DNA from: a virus
Taxonomy: Duplodnaviria > Caudoviricetes
Strand: one strand, 5' to 3'
IMG/VR virus record: IMGVR_UViG_3300022602_000410
Coordinates: 1 to 24,535 of that record
Length of the DNA: 24,535 nucleotides
Of the stretch, positions 15,596 to 24,442 are shown one piece after another (the stretch's first letter is position 1; each line of letters starts with the position of its first letter). A program made the translations under genes and the position numbers. The notes under the pieces are model-generated. The model had not been told where the DNA came from and did not search any database. It saw nothing but the letters and a program-made list of their open reading frames with translations.

Positions 15596-16600
15596 ATGGA
15601 AAAAGTAAAATTTAGAAGTCTAGATATTCCTATTATTAGGAGTTGTAATTTAAGTTGTGGCGGATGCTTGACATTCTCGGACAATAAAAAAATCAAAGGC
15701 CTAGTTGATCCCGAAGAAAGCAGACCCTGGTTAGAGTACTGGAGTACAAAACTCGATCCCGACATGGTTACAGTATTTGGTGGCGAGCCGTTGTTACATC
15801 CTAACTTTGTTGAATGGTATAAAATAATCAAAGAATATTGGCCCAATACATATCCCAGAATCAACACCAATGGATATTATCTAGATCGACTGTTTGATCG
15901 TGTTGAAGATTTTTTCACAGAAGAATTACAACCAAAAATTATTATCAGTATACAGACCGAAACCGAGCCGTATCTGTCAATGGTTAGACAAAACATTGCC
16001 ACACTCAAGCAACTGATACAAGAACACTACAGTAAAAAATATAAAAATGTTAGATGGGAACTTTGGTTAGACGAACCCGAACTAAACAAAGAATGGTGGA
16101 GATTGGATCGCGATGTGCCTATCTCAGAGATGCCGGCAGGAACTACCAGTATACCAATTTGGCTCACTATAACCGAGCAGTATCAAGCACATTGGCAAGC
16201 ACACTATCAAGGCAGCGGGGAAACACTGTTGCCCTATTACGACTATAACGATCAGTATGCTGCCAGCAATCACAATATTTGTCAGTCGTCACCGTTTGTT
16301 AATTTGTACGAAGGTAAAATCTACAAATGCCCGACTGTGGCAGTATTGCGCCATACGCTGGAAACGCACGGAATCGCCGACAAGATCGAGTGGCAAGATT
16401 ACCTAAACAAGTACGAATACTTGGACACCAATTCCACCGACGAAGAAATTGCTGCGTGGTTTGTCACGCAAAAACTGCCGGAAAATGTCTGTAACATGTG
16501 CGGATTTACCGGCCCAAATAGCTCGGGCGGGCATATCAACCGACACGAGCTCAAGCCCGGCTGGAAAATCAAGCCGGTGACAATGTTGCCTCGCACTTGA
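15596..16600 (+). CDS. radical SAM protein with C-terminal twitch-like Cys cluster
   Basis: CNLSCGGC, VFGGEPLLHP, INTNG; C-terminal C...YKCP...CNMC. Confidence 0.88.
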   Translation: MEKVKFRSLDIPIIRSCNLSCGGCLTFSDNKKIKGLVDPEESRPWLEYWSTKLDPDMVTVFGGEPLLHPNFVEWYKIIKEYWPNTYPRINTNGYYLDRLFDRVEDFFTEELQPKIIISIQTETEPYLSMVRQNIATLKQLIQEHYSKKYKNVRWELWLDEPELNKEWWRLDRDVPISEMPAGTTSIPIWLTITEQYQAHWQAHYQGSGETLLPYYDYNDQYAASNHNICQSSPFVNLYEGKIYKCPTVAVLRHTLETHGIADKIEWQDYLNKYEYLDTNSTDEEIAAWFVTQKLPENVCNMCGFTGPNSSGGHINRHELKPGWKIKPVTMLPRT

Positions 16601-16607
16601 CAAAAAC

Positions 16608-16615
16608 GCTAAATA
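16608..16615 (+). promoter_or_regulatory. T4-like late promoter box (GCTAAATA)
   Basis: Intergenic, upstream of the TAAGG SD and ATG 16640. Confidence 0.7.
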
Positions 16616-16639
16616 CACTAATATAGTAAGGTTTAGAGT

Positions 16640-17236
16640 ATGGCAATTGTCCAAATTTCCCGTATACGAATACGACGTGGTTTAAATCAAGATCTACCAC
16701 AATTAGCCAGCGCCGAGATGGGCTGGAGTGTAGACACACAACAATTATACATTGGTAATGGCACTATCGCAGAAGGCGCTCCCGAAACCGGTGTAACCGA
16801 GATTTTGACAACTGCGTCATTGGCACAACTTACCAGTGCATTAACTGCTAATATTGCAAGTGCTCAAGCAAATTTACAAGCCTACGTGGGCGCTGCCGAA
16901 GCAAATGTTGCTTCTTTTGTCAGTAATGTAGAAGCAGCAATTGGCGCAGTGGTATCAACAAATTTATCTCTTGGCGCATCTAGTTCGGGGCCTATTGCAA
17001 TATTCAGTGGTAACGACGCAGTAATGACATACAGTCTGAACCAAGGTGGAACAAGACAACGTACCGGTACACTAAAAGCCAGTAGAATTGGCAACAGTGT
17101 TGTGTTTGATGATGATTATAACGAAACCAGTACCAGCGATATAATAATTAATGTTACAGCCAACAGCTCGTATGGCAACATCAATTATACCACAACTACA
17201 GCAACAACTATCTCCTATACACTTAGAACTTATTAA
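16640..17236 (+). CDS. virion structural protein with major-tropism-determinant-like N-terminal domain
   Basis: RIRIRRG...LPQLASAEMGWSVDTQQLYIGNG; short coiled coil; beta-rich C-terminus. Confidence 0.65.
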   Translation: MAIVQISRIRIRRGLNQDLPQLASAEMGWSVDTQQLYIGNGTIAEGAPETGVTEILTTASLAQLTSALTANIASAQANLQAYVGAAEANVASFVSNVEAAIGAVVSTNLSLGASSSGPIAIFSGNDAVMTYSLNQGGTRQRTGTLKASRIGNSVVFDDDYNETSTSDIIINVTANSSYGNINYTTTTATTISYTLRTY

Positions 17237-17676
17237 TGTGGAAATTAGAAACTAGCGAGCGTCTTGCTTGCTGGCGTGACTTTCGAAAAAGCCTAGACCT
17301 ATTGCCTCTAGACTCTGCAATTCAAGCAACAGCTGAATTTTGGCAAAAATGCCCATTCAATCCCTACTATTTGGATCCTGTTGATCCCGAAAGTTGGCCC
17401 ACTGCATGGGAACTTATCTCCGAAAACTACTATTGTGATCTTGCTAAAGCCTTGGGTATAGTGTATACTATACACTTTAGCGGACACGAACTAGATTTAA
17501 ATCCCGAAATACACATATATAATGACCCTGAATCGGGCTATGTGTATAACTTATCTGTTTTTGCAAATGGGAAATATGTTGTTAATTTTCTTGACGGCAA
17601 GATTGTAAATATTGAATCGATAAGTAAAAAGTTAAAACTAAAACATCGCTATAGCGGAAAAGAATTAAAATTATAA
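17236..17676 (+). CDS. hypothetical phage protein
   Basis: 146 aa, TAATG-coupled to the upstream gene; W/P-rich N-terminal half. Confidence 0.7.
   Translation: MWKLETSERLACWRDFRKSLDLLPLDSAIQATAEFWQKCPFNPYYLDPVDPESWPTAWELISENYYCDLAKALGIVYTIHFSGHELDLNPEIHIYNDPESGYVYNLSVFANGKYVVNFLDGKIVNIESISKKLKLKHRYSGKELKL
17441..17469 (+). promoter_or_regulatory. candidate intragenic sigma70 promoter for nrdAB
   Basis: TTGCTA (17441-17446), 17-bp spacer, TATACT (17464-17469). Confidence 0.45.
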
Positions 17677-17686
17677 GAGGTATCAA

Positions 17687-19993
17687 TTGACAACTATTCA
17701 AGTAACAAAAAGAAACGGCAACCGAGAGCCGCTGAATCTAGAAAAATTACACCAAGTGGTAATTTGGGCCACCGAGGGCATAACTGGAGTAAGTGCCAGC
17801 GAAGTAGAAATAAAAAGCCACATACAGTTTTACAACGGAATTAAAACTGCAGACATTCAAGAGACCTTGATCAAAAGTGCTGCTGATTTAATCAGTGAAG
17901 AAACTCCCAACTATCAATATGTAGCAGGGCGTTTGATCAATTATCATTTGCGTAAACAAGTTTATAACGATTATAAACCATGGCCGTTGTTGCGCTTGGT
18001 CATGAAGAATACCGAATCGGGTTTTTATGATCGAGATTTGATTACGGCCTACACCGAAGACGAGTGGAATCAGTTAAACACCTATATTCGACACGAACGT
18101 GACGAAACGTTTACTTATGTGGCCATGGAACAATGGCGCGGCAAGTACCTGGTACAAAATCGAGTAACAGGAGAAATATTTGAAACTCCACAAATGGCCT
18201 ATATGCTGATTGCGGCCACACTGTTCCAAAGCTATCCTCAAGAAACACGACTACAATGGGTTCGAGATTATTATGACGCTATTTCAAATTATGATGTTAG
18301 CTTGCCTACTCCGGTTATGGCAGGTGTACGCACCCCGCAAAAACAATTCAGCAGTTGTGTCCTTATTGAGTCTGATGATAGTCTTGACAGTATTAATGCC
18401 ACTAGTAGTGCGATTGTGCGCTATGTGAGTCAAAAGGCCGGCATTGGCTTGGGCGTTGGCTCAATACGTGCTCTTGGTTCGCCGATTCGCAATGGTGATG
18501 CTTACCACACAGGCATTACTCCTTTCTTGAAACTGTTTCAAGCCGCCACTAGAAGTTGTAGCCAAGGTGGTGTACGTAACGGTGCAGCCACTGCTTACTA
18601 TCCCGTATGGCATCTCGAAATTGAAGATATGTTGGTTTTAAAGAACAATAAAGGCACAGAGGATAACAGAGTACGCCAGATGGATTATGGCGTCCAATTC
18701 AACAAATTAATGTACGAAAGACTTATCACAGGCGGCAATATCACATGTTTTAGCCCCCATGATGTGCCGGAAATGCGTGATGCTTTCTATAACGATCAAG
18801 ATCGGTTTAAAGAGCTATATGAACGAGCCGAGCGTAATCCCAAACTACGCAAAAAGACTTTCCCGGCCGCAGAGTTGTTTGCCAAGTTCATGCAGGAACG
18901 CAAAGACACCGGACGTATCTATTTGCAAAACATTGACCATGCAAATACACACAGTCCATTTATGGAGGAACTGCATCCAATTAAACAAAGTAATTTATGT
19001 GCCGAGATTGACTTGCCTACACGTCCGTTAAAGGATATCAACGATCCTGATGGAAGAATTGCATTGTGCACATTAAGCGCAATTAACTGGGGCAATGTTA
19101 AATCGCCTCGAGACTTTGAGAAAATGGCAACATTGGCAGTACGTGGACTAGATGCATTACTAAGCTATCAAAACTATCCAGTGTTGGCTGCAGAGTTGAG
19201 CACACGAGAATTTAGACCCTTGGGAATTGGTGTCATTAACCTTGCTTACTTTTTAGCCAAGAACGGAGTTAGTTATAGTGATCCTGAAGCATTAGCATTA
19301 GTGGACGAATATGCCGAAGCATGGAGCTACTATTTGATCAAGGCGTCGGCCGACTTGGCTCAAGAACAAGGTGCCTGTGAAAAATGGCGAGAACTAAAAT
19401 ATGCAGATGGTAGACTACCCATTGACACCTATAAACGAGAAGTCGATGAATTGGTTTCGCACCAAGAGCGTATGCCCTGGCGTGCACTGAGAGAACAGAT
19501 CCTAGACACCGGCATTCGTAATGCCACACTAATGGCCGGCATGCCAGCAGAAACATCGGCACAAATATCAAATGCCACAAACGGATTCGAACCACCAAGA
19601 AGTTATGTAAGTGTAAAACAAAGCAAGCATGGCGCATTAAAACAAGTAGTACCCGAGTACAGAAGATTAAAAAACAAGTACGAACTATTATGGGATCAAA
19701 AATCACCCGAAGGCTACTTAAAAATCTGTGCAATATTTCAAAAATACATGGACCAAGGCATTAGTGTCAACACTTCGTACAATCCTAGATTCTATGAAGA
19801 CGAAAAGATCCCTATGAGTGAAATGCTCAAGCATCTGGTCCTGTGCTACAAATTCGGAATCAAGCAACTTTATTATTTTAACACTAACGACCAACAAGGC
19901 GAAATAGATGTTAACACTATAGCATTCAACCGACAAGAAACAACTACTCAAGAAGCAATCGATCAAGAAGACTGCGACAGTTGCGTAATCTAA
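17687..19993 (+). CDS. nrdA: ribonucleoside-diphosphate reductase class Ia alpha subunit with ATP cone
   Basis: TTG start after AGAGG; VTKRNG ATP cone; FSSCVL, QSNLCAEI, LCTL, LYYF, C-terminal CDSC. Confidence 0.97.
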   Translation: MTTIQVTKRNGNREPLNLEKLHQVVIWATEGITGVSASEVEIKSHIQFYNGIKTADIQETLIKSAADLISEETPNYQYVAGRLINYHLRKQVYNDYKPWPLLRLVMKNTESGFYDRDLITAYTEDEWNQLNTYIRHERDETFTYVAMEQWRGKYLVQNRVTGEIFETPQMAYMLIAATLFQSYPQETRLQWVRDYYDAISNYDVSLPTPVMAGVRTPQKQFSSCVLIESDDSLDSINATSSAIVRYVSQKAGIGLGVGSIRALGSPIRNGDAYHTGITPFLKLFQAATRSCSQGGVRNGAATAYYPVWHLEIEDMLVLKNNKGTEDNRVRQMDYGVQFNKLMYERLITGGNITCFSPHDVPEMRDAFYNDQDRFKELYERAERNPKLRKKTFPAAELFAKFMQERKDTGRIYLQNIDHANTHSPFMEELHPIKQSNLCAEIDLPTRPLKDINDPDGRIALCTLSAINWGNVKSPRDFEKMATLAVRGLDALLSYQNYPVLAAELSTREFRPLGIGVINLAYFLAKNGVSYSDPEALALVDEYAEAWSYYLIKASADLAQEQGACEKWRELKYADGRLPIDTYKREVDELVSHQERMPWRALREQILDTGIRNATLMAGMPAETSAQISNATNGFEPPRSYVSVKQSKHGALKQVVPEYRRLKNKYELLWDQKSPEGYLKICAIFQKYMDQGISVNTSYNPRFYEDEKIPMSEMLKHLVLCYKFGIKQLYYFNTNDQQGEIDVNTIAFNRQETTTQEAIDQEDCDSCVI

Positions 19994-20002
19994 GGATAAA
20001 AT

Positions 20003-21130
20003 ATGACAGTATTTAATATAAACAATAAAACAAAACACACCGAAGCATTAGCGTTCTTGGACACAAGTGGCACTGCCAGTATCCAACGCTATGAAACTGT
20101 AAAGTACAGACAATTTGACAAACTAACAGACAAGCAGTTGGGATTCTTTTGGAGACCGGAGGAAGTAGATACACTACGTGATGCCAAAGACTTTAAAGAC
20201 CTAACTCCATTTGAACAACATATTTTTACAAGTAATTTAAAGCGACAAATTGTATTAGACAGTGTGCAGGGACGCAGTCCTAACCTAGCGTTCTTGCCAC
20301 TAGCAACCATTCCCGAACTAGAAACTTGGATTGCAACTTGGGCATTTAACGAAACAATTCACAGTAGAAGTTATACACACATTATTAGAAACGTATTTCC
20401 CAATCCCAGCGAAGTATTTGATGGCATTCTTGATATTGAGCCAATTGTAAATTGTGCTCGAGATATTAGTAAGTATTACGATGACTTGATTGAAGCCAGT
20501 CATTACTATCAACTACTAGGTTATGGCCGGCATACGGTAAACGGCAAAACCGTCGATATTACCGAACGTGATCTTAAAAAGAAATTATGGTTAGCATTGA
20601 ACAGTGTCAATGCGCTAGAAGGCATTCGCTTTTATGTTTCATTTGCTTGTAGTTGGGCATTTGCCGAACTTAAAAAGATGGAAGGCAATGCTAAAATTAT
20701 TAAACTTATTTGTCGTGACGAAAACATACATCTAGGGTTTACACAAACTGCATTAAAATTACTGCCACAAGATGATCCTATCTATGCCGAAATACGTGAG
20801 GAAACATTAGCCGAATGTACACAAATGTTTATCAGCGCAGGACAACAAGAAAAAGATTGGGCCAAGTACTTGTTCAAAGACGGAAGCATGATTGGACTTA
20901 ACGAACAATTATTAAGTCAATACGTGGATTGGTTAATGTGTAAACGTATGACTGCTGTGCATTTGGACTGTGGTATCAAACCGGGATCAAATCCTTTACC
21001 TTGGACACAAAAATGGATCGCAGGTTCGGAAGTTCAAGTAGCACCTCAAGAAACGGAGATAAGTAGTTATGTTATTGGCGGAACCCGACAGGACGTTGAT
21101 AGCAATACATTCAAAGGATTTAGTTTATAA
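20003..21130 (+). CDS. nrdB: ribonucleoside-diphosphate reductase class Ia beta subunit
   Basis: [22 protein letters not shown] (radical Tyr), LEGIRFY, DENIH, VAPQETE. Confidence 0.97.
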   Translation: MTVFNINNKTKHTEALAFLDTSGTASIQRYETVKYRQFDKLTDKQLGFFWRPEEVDTLRDAKDFKDLTPFEQHIFTSNLKRQIVLDSVQGRSPNLAFLPLATIPELETWIATWAFNETIHSRSYTHIIRNVFPNPSEVFDGILDIEPIVNCARDISKYYDDLIEASHYYQLLGYGRHTVNGKTVDITERDLKKKLWLALNSVNALEGIRFYVSFACSWAFAELKKMEGNAKIIKLICRDENIHLGFTQTALKLLPQDDPIYAEIREETLAECTQMFISAGQQEKDWAKYLFKDGSMIGLNEQLLSQYVDWLMCKRMTAVHLDCGIKPGSNPLPWTQKWIAGSEVQVAPQETEISSYVIGGTRQDVDSNTFKGFSL

Positions 21131-21373
21131 ATGATAACAGTATATTCAAAAAACAATTGCCCCTATTGCGTACAAGCAAAAAACTTATTGAAACAAAAAG
21201 GCATCACATTCGAAGAAGTCAACATTGAATCAACACCCAGTGCACGCGAGTTCATTGTTAGTGAAGGACATAGAACAGTGCCACAAATTTATCAAGACGG
21301 TAAGTTGTTGGTTGAAGGTGGCTACACCGGCCTGGCCCGACAAAGTACAGAATTTTTTGAATCACTTCGATGA
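21131..21373 (+). CDS. glutaredoxin
   Basis: CPYC active site, RTVPQI, GG motif; directly after nrdB. Confidence 0.93.
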   Translation: MITVYSKNNCPYCVQAKNLLKQKGITFEEVNIESTPSAREFIVSEGHRTVPQIYQDGKLLVEGGYTGLARQSTEFFESLR

Positions 21374-21645
21374 GTAATCCTGCTGCACGTAAAGGCGACA
21401 CCGACGATTTAGGATACAGTATCACAGGCGCAGTCAGTGACACGGTGACCATAAACGGACGACCTGCGGCAGTCAAAGGCAGTACCATGAACGACGGGGA
21501 AACAATCACTGGCGGATGTAGCAGTACTGTAACCATCAATGGCAAACCGGCCGCAGTTAAAAGCAGCACAACAACACCGCACAAAAACGATCCCAAAGGC
21601 ACGGGTACAATAAATTCGGGATCGGACACGGTTACAATAGGTTAA
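21370..21645 (+). CDS. PAAR-repeat tail spike tip protein (T4 gp5.4-like)
   Basis: PAARKGD, INGRPAAV, INGKPAAV, GSDTVTIG. Confidence 0.9.
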   Translation: MSNPAARKGDTDDLGYSITGAVSDTVTINGRPAAVKGSTMNDGETITGGCSSTVTINGKPAAVKSSTTTPHKNDPKGTGTINSGSDTVTIG

Positions 21646-21648
21646 ATA
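21641..21648 (+). promoter_or_regulatory. T4-like late promoter box (GTTAAATA) overlapping the PAAR stop codon
   Basis: ATG 21655 begins 7 nt after the box ends. Confidence 0.6.
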
Positions 21649-21654
21649 CTTATT

Positions 21655-23670
21655 ATGCCCTTAACTCCCACAGTACTCATTGCAACCTCGGGTTTGACTC
21701 AAGGCGAAGGCATTGGCGTCAGTACCGAAATGTCGTCGGCCATCTCTTCGGCCACCAGTAATCCCTTATACACAAATTTAACGGAATTGTATGCTGCCAA
21801 TGTACAATTAGTACCGGGTTTATCCACAGTACTAAGTACTTTGCCTACTTTTATGTCAAATCTAGGCGATCTTGCAGCCAATGTCAGCGCACAAGCCAAT
21901 GCCATTGTACCGCCCACTCCCGGAGTGGACAGTGTAAAATCATTTATAAGTTTGCAAAGCGGTGCTGCAGGCGGTGCCGGAACACTGGCCGAGTTCAGTG
22001 CGGCTCTAAGCGATTTCAGCAACAAATCATTTGGCGACTTGGGCATTAACAGTAAAAATTTTACCGATGTTATTACACAAGGCGTAACATCAATGACCAC
22101 TTCGTTAAGCAAAGTGGCCTCGTTGACCTCGCAATTGCCCTTGGGCAGTTTGGGATCAATTCCGGGCCTGCCCAATCCTTCAAGTTTACTGAGTGGTGCA
22201 GGATCAATGGCATCCAGTCTAGGACTCAGCGTGCCTGGTGGTGGATCAATTACCGGCGCAATCGGTCAACTTACCAGCGGAGTCTCGGGACTGACTGCAG
22301 GCTTACCCGGCATGGCGGCCACAGCATCTTCGCAATTGACCTCGGCCTTGGGCGGAATCGGTAACTCACTGAGCGGAGCAGCCAAATCCATTGCCGGCGG
22401 TCAAGGTGCATCAATGGGCGGATTGACATCACTATTTGGCAGTGTAGGCGCCAACATGGATCCCGCGGCCTTGGCCAAAGGACAAGCGGCCTTGGCCAGT
22501 TCTAGTTTAAACGACGGACTTGCCAACGTTGGCACCGGAATGAAAAACTTTGGCAACTTGTACGACTTTAGCGATTTGCAAACACTGGGTCCAGTAAATC
22601 TACTTGTGAGTTTACAAGGAGTTGGACTTGCCGACAGTTTGGGCATCAATGATGCTATTAATACTCTTGGATACAATCCCGACAAGCCCATGACTGTTCC
22701 ACCAGCAGCAATAACAACCATATTATCAAACATAGATGGCAGTGATTTACAAAAAATTATCACGCAGACTGGTGCAGTCTTGGTCAAGCAGGCAAAAACA
22801 GCCGCCGACTTGTTGGATCCCAGTTTCTTTATTCCTCCGGGCGGCGTGGCAGCATTGGGACTGGGTGACGGCGCTGCGGGCATGACAGATTTGCAAAATA
22901 CTTTGACCAATCTCGGAATACAGGGCAGTAACATGACCTATGGTGCTTTTTTAAGCAGTATGAAAACACAGGCCATGACCTATCTTGGACAAGTTGACAA
23001 ATTGATTCCCATGGATGTAGAGAGCACATTGAAACCGTTATTGGGCGAGGGTGGTGGATTGTTTGGTAACCCTACCATAAACGACATGATAGGCACGGCA
23101 GCAGGAGCTACACATACTGATGCGTTTGGCAATATTTCGGCCACATTGAGTTCGCTCATGAACAGCAGTGTGGGTCAGAGTCTAAACACTGCTATACAAA
23201 ACATGACCGCGGCCATTGGCACCGGTGGCCAATCCAGTGCGCTCAGTGCCTTGACTTCTGCGGTCAATACCTTCAACAGTCAAACGGCGAACAACACCGA
23301 CCTGCAAGCGGCCATCTCGTCGGCGCAGAGCAGTTTTGAAGCCAGTCAAGCTCACCTTGCAAAAGAAATATCAAACTTGAATTTGGTGGGATTGAGTTTG
23401 GCCAATTCACAACCCACTAGTACCGGAATCGGCAGCATTTTAAATCTCGGAAACAAACTGCACGACTACGGAATTGACAAGCAACAATTGGGTCACAACG
23501 AATTATTCTCGGGTGTGGCTACCGATGACCTAACCGGAGATGCAATTCAAGCCAGTTTACTTGAGGGTAGAAACTTGGCAAAAAGCTATGCCGTGGGCAA
23601 AAGCACGCCCAGCGTGGCCAACGAATCTGCACTAATTGCCAGTGCAAGTTCGGGCTCGAGCCTGGCATAA
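21655..23670 (+). CDS. large Gly/Ser/Ala/Leu-rich virion-associated protein
   Basis: 671 aa, late promoter, adjacent to PAAR; no Trp or Cys and a single Arg. Confidence 0.6.
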   Translation: MPLTPTVLIATSGLTQGEGIGVSTEMSSAISSATSNPLYTNLTELYAANVQLVPGLSTVLSTLPTFMSNLGDLAANVSAQANAIVPPTPGVDSVKSFISLQSGAAGGAGTLAEFSAALSDFSNKSFGDLGINSKNFTDVITQGVTSMTTSLSKVASLTSQLPLGSLGSIPGLPNPSSLLSGAGSMASSLGLSVPGGGSITGAIGQLTSGVSGLTAGLPGMAATASSQLTSALGGIGNSLSGAAKSIAGGQGASMGGLTSLFGSVGANMDPAALAKGQAALASSSLNDGLANVGTGMKNFGNLYDFSDLQTLGPVNLLVSLQGVGLADSLGINDAINTLGYNPDKPMTVPPAAITTILSNIDGSDLQKIITQTGAVLVKQAKTAADLLDPSFFIPPGGVAALGLGDGAAGMTDLQNTLTNLGIQGSNMTYGAFLSSMKTQAMTYLGQVDKLIPMDVESTLKPLLGEGGGLFGNPTINDMIGTAAGATHTDAFGNISATLSSLMNSSVGQSLNTAIQNMTAAIGTGGQSSALSALTSAVNTFNSQTANNTDLQAAISSAQSSFEASQAHLAKEISNLNLVGLSLANSQPTSTGIGSILNLGNKLHDYGIDKQQLGHNELFSGVATDDLTGDAIQASLLEGRNLAKSYAVGKSTPSVANESALIASASSGSSLA

Positions 23671-23782
23671 TCTGCGTATATAACGCAAAATAAACATCAT
23701 AAACTACGCAGATAACTAGTTATAGTATACTATAACTTCAAAATCTGTTGGTTATATAAACTTACAGTCTGTAAAAAGACTG
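23670..23782. repeat. cluster of inverted repeats/palindromes in the intergenic region
   Basis: ATCTGCGTA (23670-23678)/TACGCAGAT (23705-23713); ATAACTAGTTAT (23712-23723); perfect 20-bp AGTTATAGTATACTATAACT (23718-23737); CAGTCT-GTAAAA-AGACTG (23765-23782). Confidence 0.8.
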
Positions 23783-23799
23783 ACATAGGAGGACATGAC

Positions 23800-24402
23800 A
23801 TGAACAAGATAGTATCTATCTTTGTAGCAATCATAGCCCTGACCGTAATGGCACCCGGTCAAGCACAGTCTATTAACACAAAAGATTTAGACTGTCTGGC
23901 TCGTAACATTTATTACGAAGCTGGCTTAGAGAGTGAAGAAGGCAAAGTTGCAGTGGGCCTGGTTACAATTAACCGAAGCAACGATCAAAAATTTCCCAAC
24001 ACCATTTGTGGTGTGGTAAATCAAAAAACAGTTTTCAGTATCCCTAAGACTGTGACCCGTGTGCGAGAAATCACAACCGGGGTAGTTTTCAAAACAGTTA
24101 AAAAAATTAAAGAAACAGAAACAGTACGGGTAAGCCGTGCGGTTTGTCAATTCTCATGGAGATGTGAAAATGTACGTAAAATTAATTATAACGATGCCCG
24201 TTGGGCAAGTAGTGTTGCCATCGCTCAAGAGCTTTTGTCCGGAGGATACCAAGAACTCCGTGACAAATATGCGGACGCTGAGTATTTTCACGAAAAGCAT
24301 ATTCGACCAACTTGGGCTCGAACAAAACATCAAATTGATCGAATCGGCGGCCACATCTTTTATTCGGATGTTAAAACTGAGTTGACTTTAGCTATGGAAT
24401 AA
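23800..24402 (+). CDS. cell wall hydrolase, SleB/Hydrolase_2 family, with N-terminal signal sequence
   Basis: CLARNIYYEA (catalytic Glu), GKVAVGLVTINR, CQFSW, IGGHIFY; AGGAGG SD. Confidence 0.9.
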   Translation: MNKIVSIFVAIIALTVMAPGQAQSINTKDLDCLARNIYYEAGLESEEGKVAVGLVTINRSNDQKFPNTICGVVNQKTVFSIPKTVTRVREITTGVVFKTVKKIKETETVRVSRAVCQFSWRCENVRKINYNDARWASSVAIAQELLSGGYQELRDKYADAEYFHEKHIRPTWARTKHQIDRIGGHIFYSDVKTELTLAME

Positions 24403-24411
24403 GTGTAAAAT

Positions 24412-24419
24412 AGTAAATA
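24412..24419 (+). promoter_or_regulatory. T4-like late promoter box (AGTAAATA)
   Basis: Intergenic, upstream of GGAG SD and ATG 24443. Confidence 0.6.
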
Positions 24420-24442
24420 CTATAACAACACTGGAGTCAATT

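Noticed and set aside
16597-16627. sigma70 promoter from TTGACA at 16597
   Set aside because: No acceptable -10 at 16-18 bp spacing; the TAAATA late box explains the region better.
17423-17437. NrdR box upstream of nrdA
   Set aside because: Only the right half (TATTGTG) matches, and there is no tandem second box.
17687-21130. Introns, inteins or homing endonucleases in nrdA/nrdB (also checked in the helicase)
   Set aside because: Lengths are normal and frames uninterrupted, with no intein or endonuclease motifs.
798-24385. Minus-strand ORFs and alternative-frame plus-strand ORFs in the track (e.g. 8070-8693, 10941-11342, 21699-22175, 22401-22934)
   Set aside because: They overlap better-supported + strand genes, lack SDs and motifs, and look like shadow ORFs of biased codon usage.
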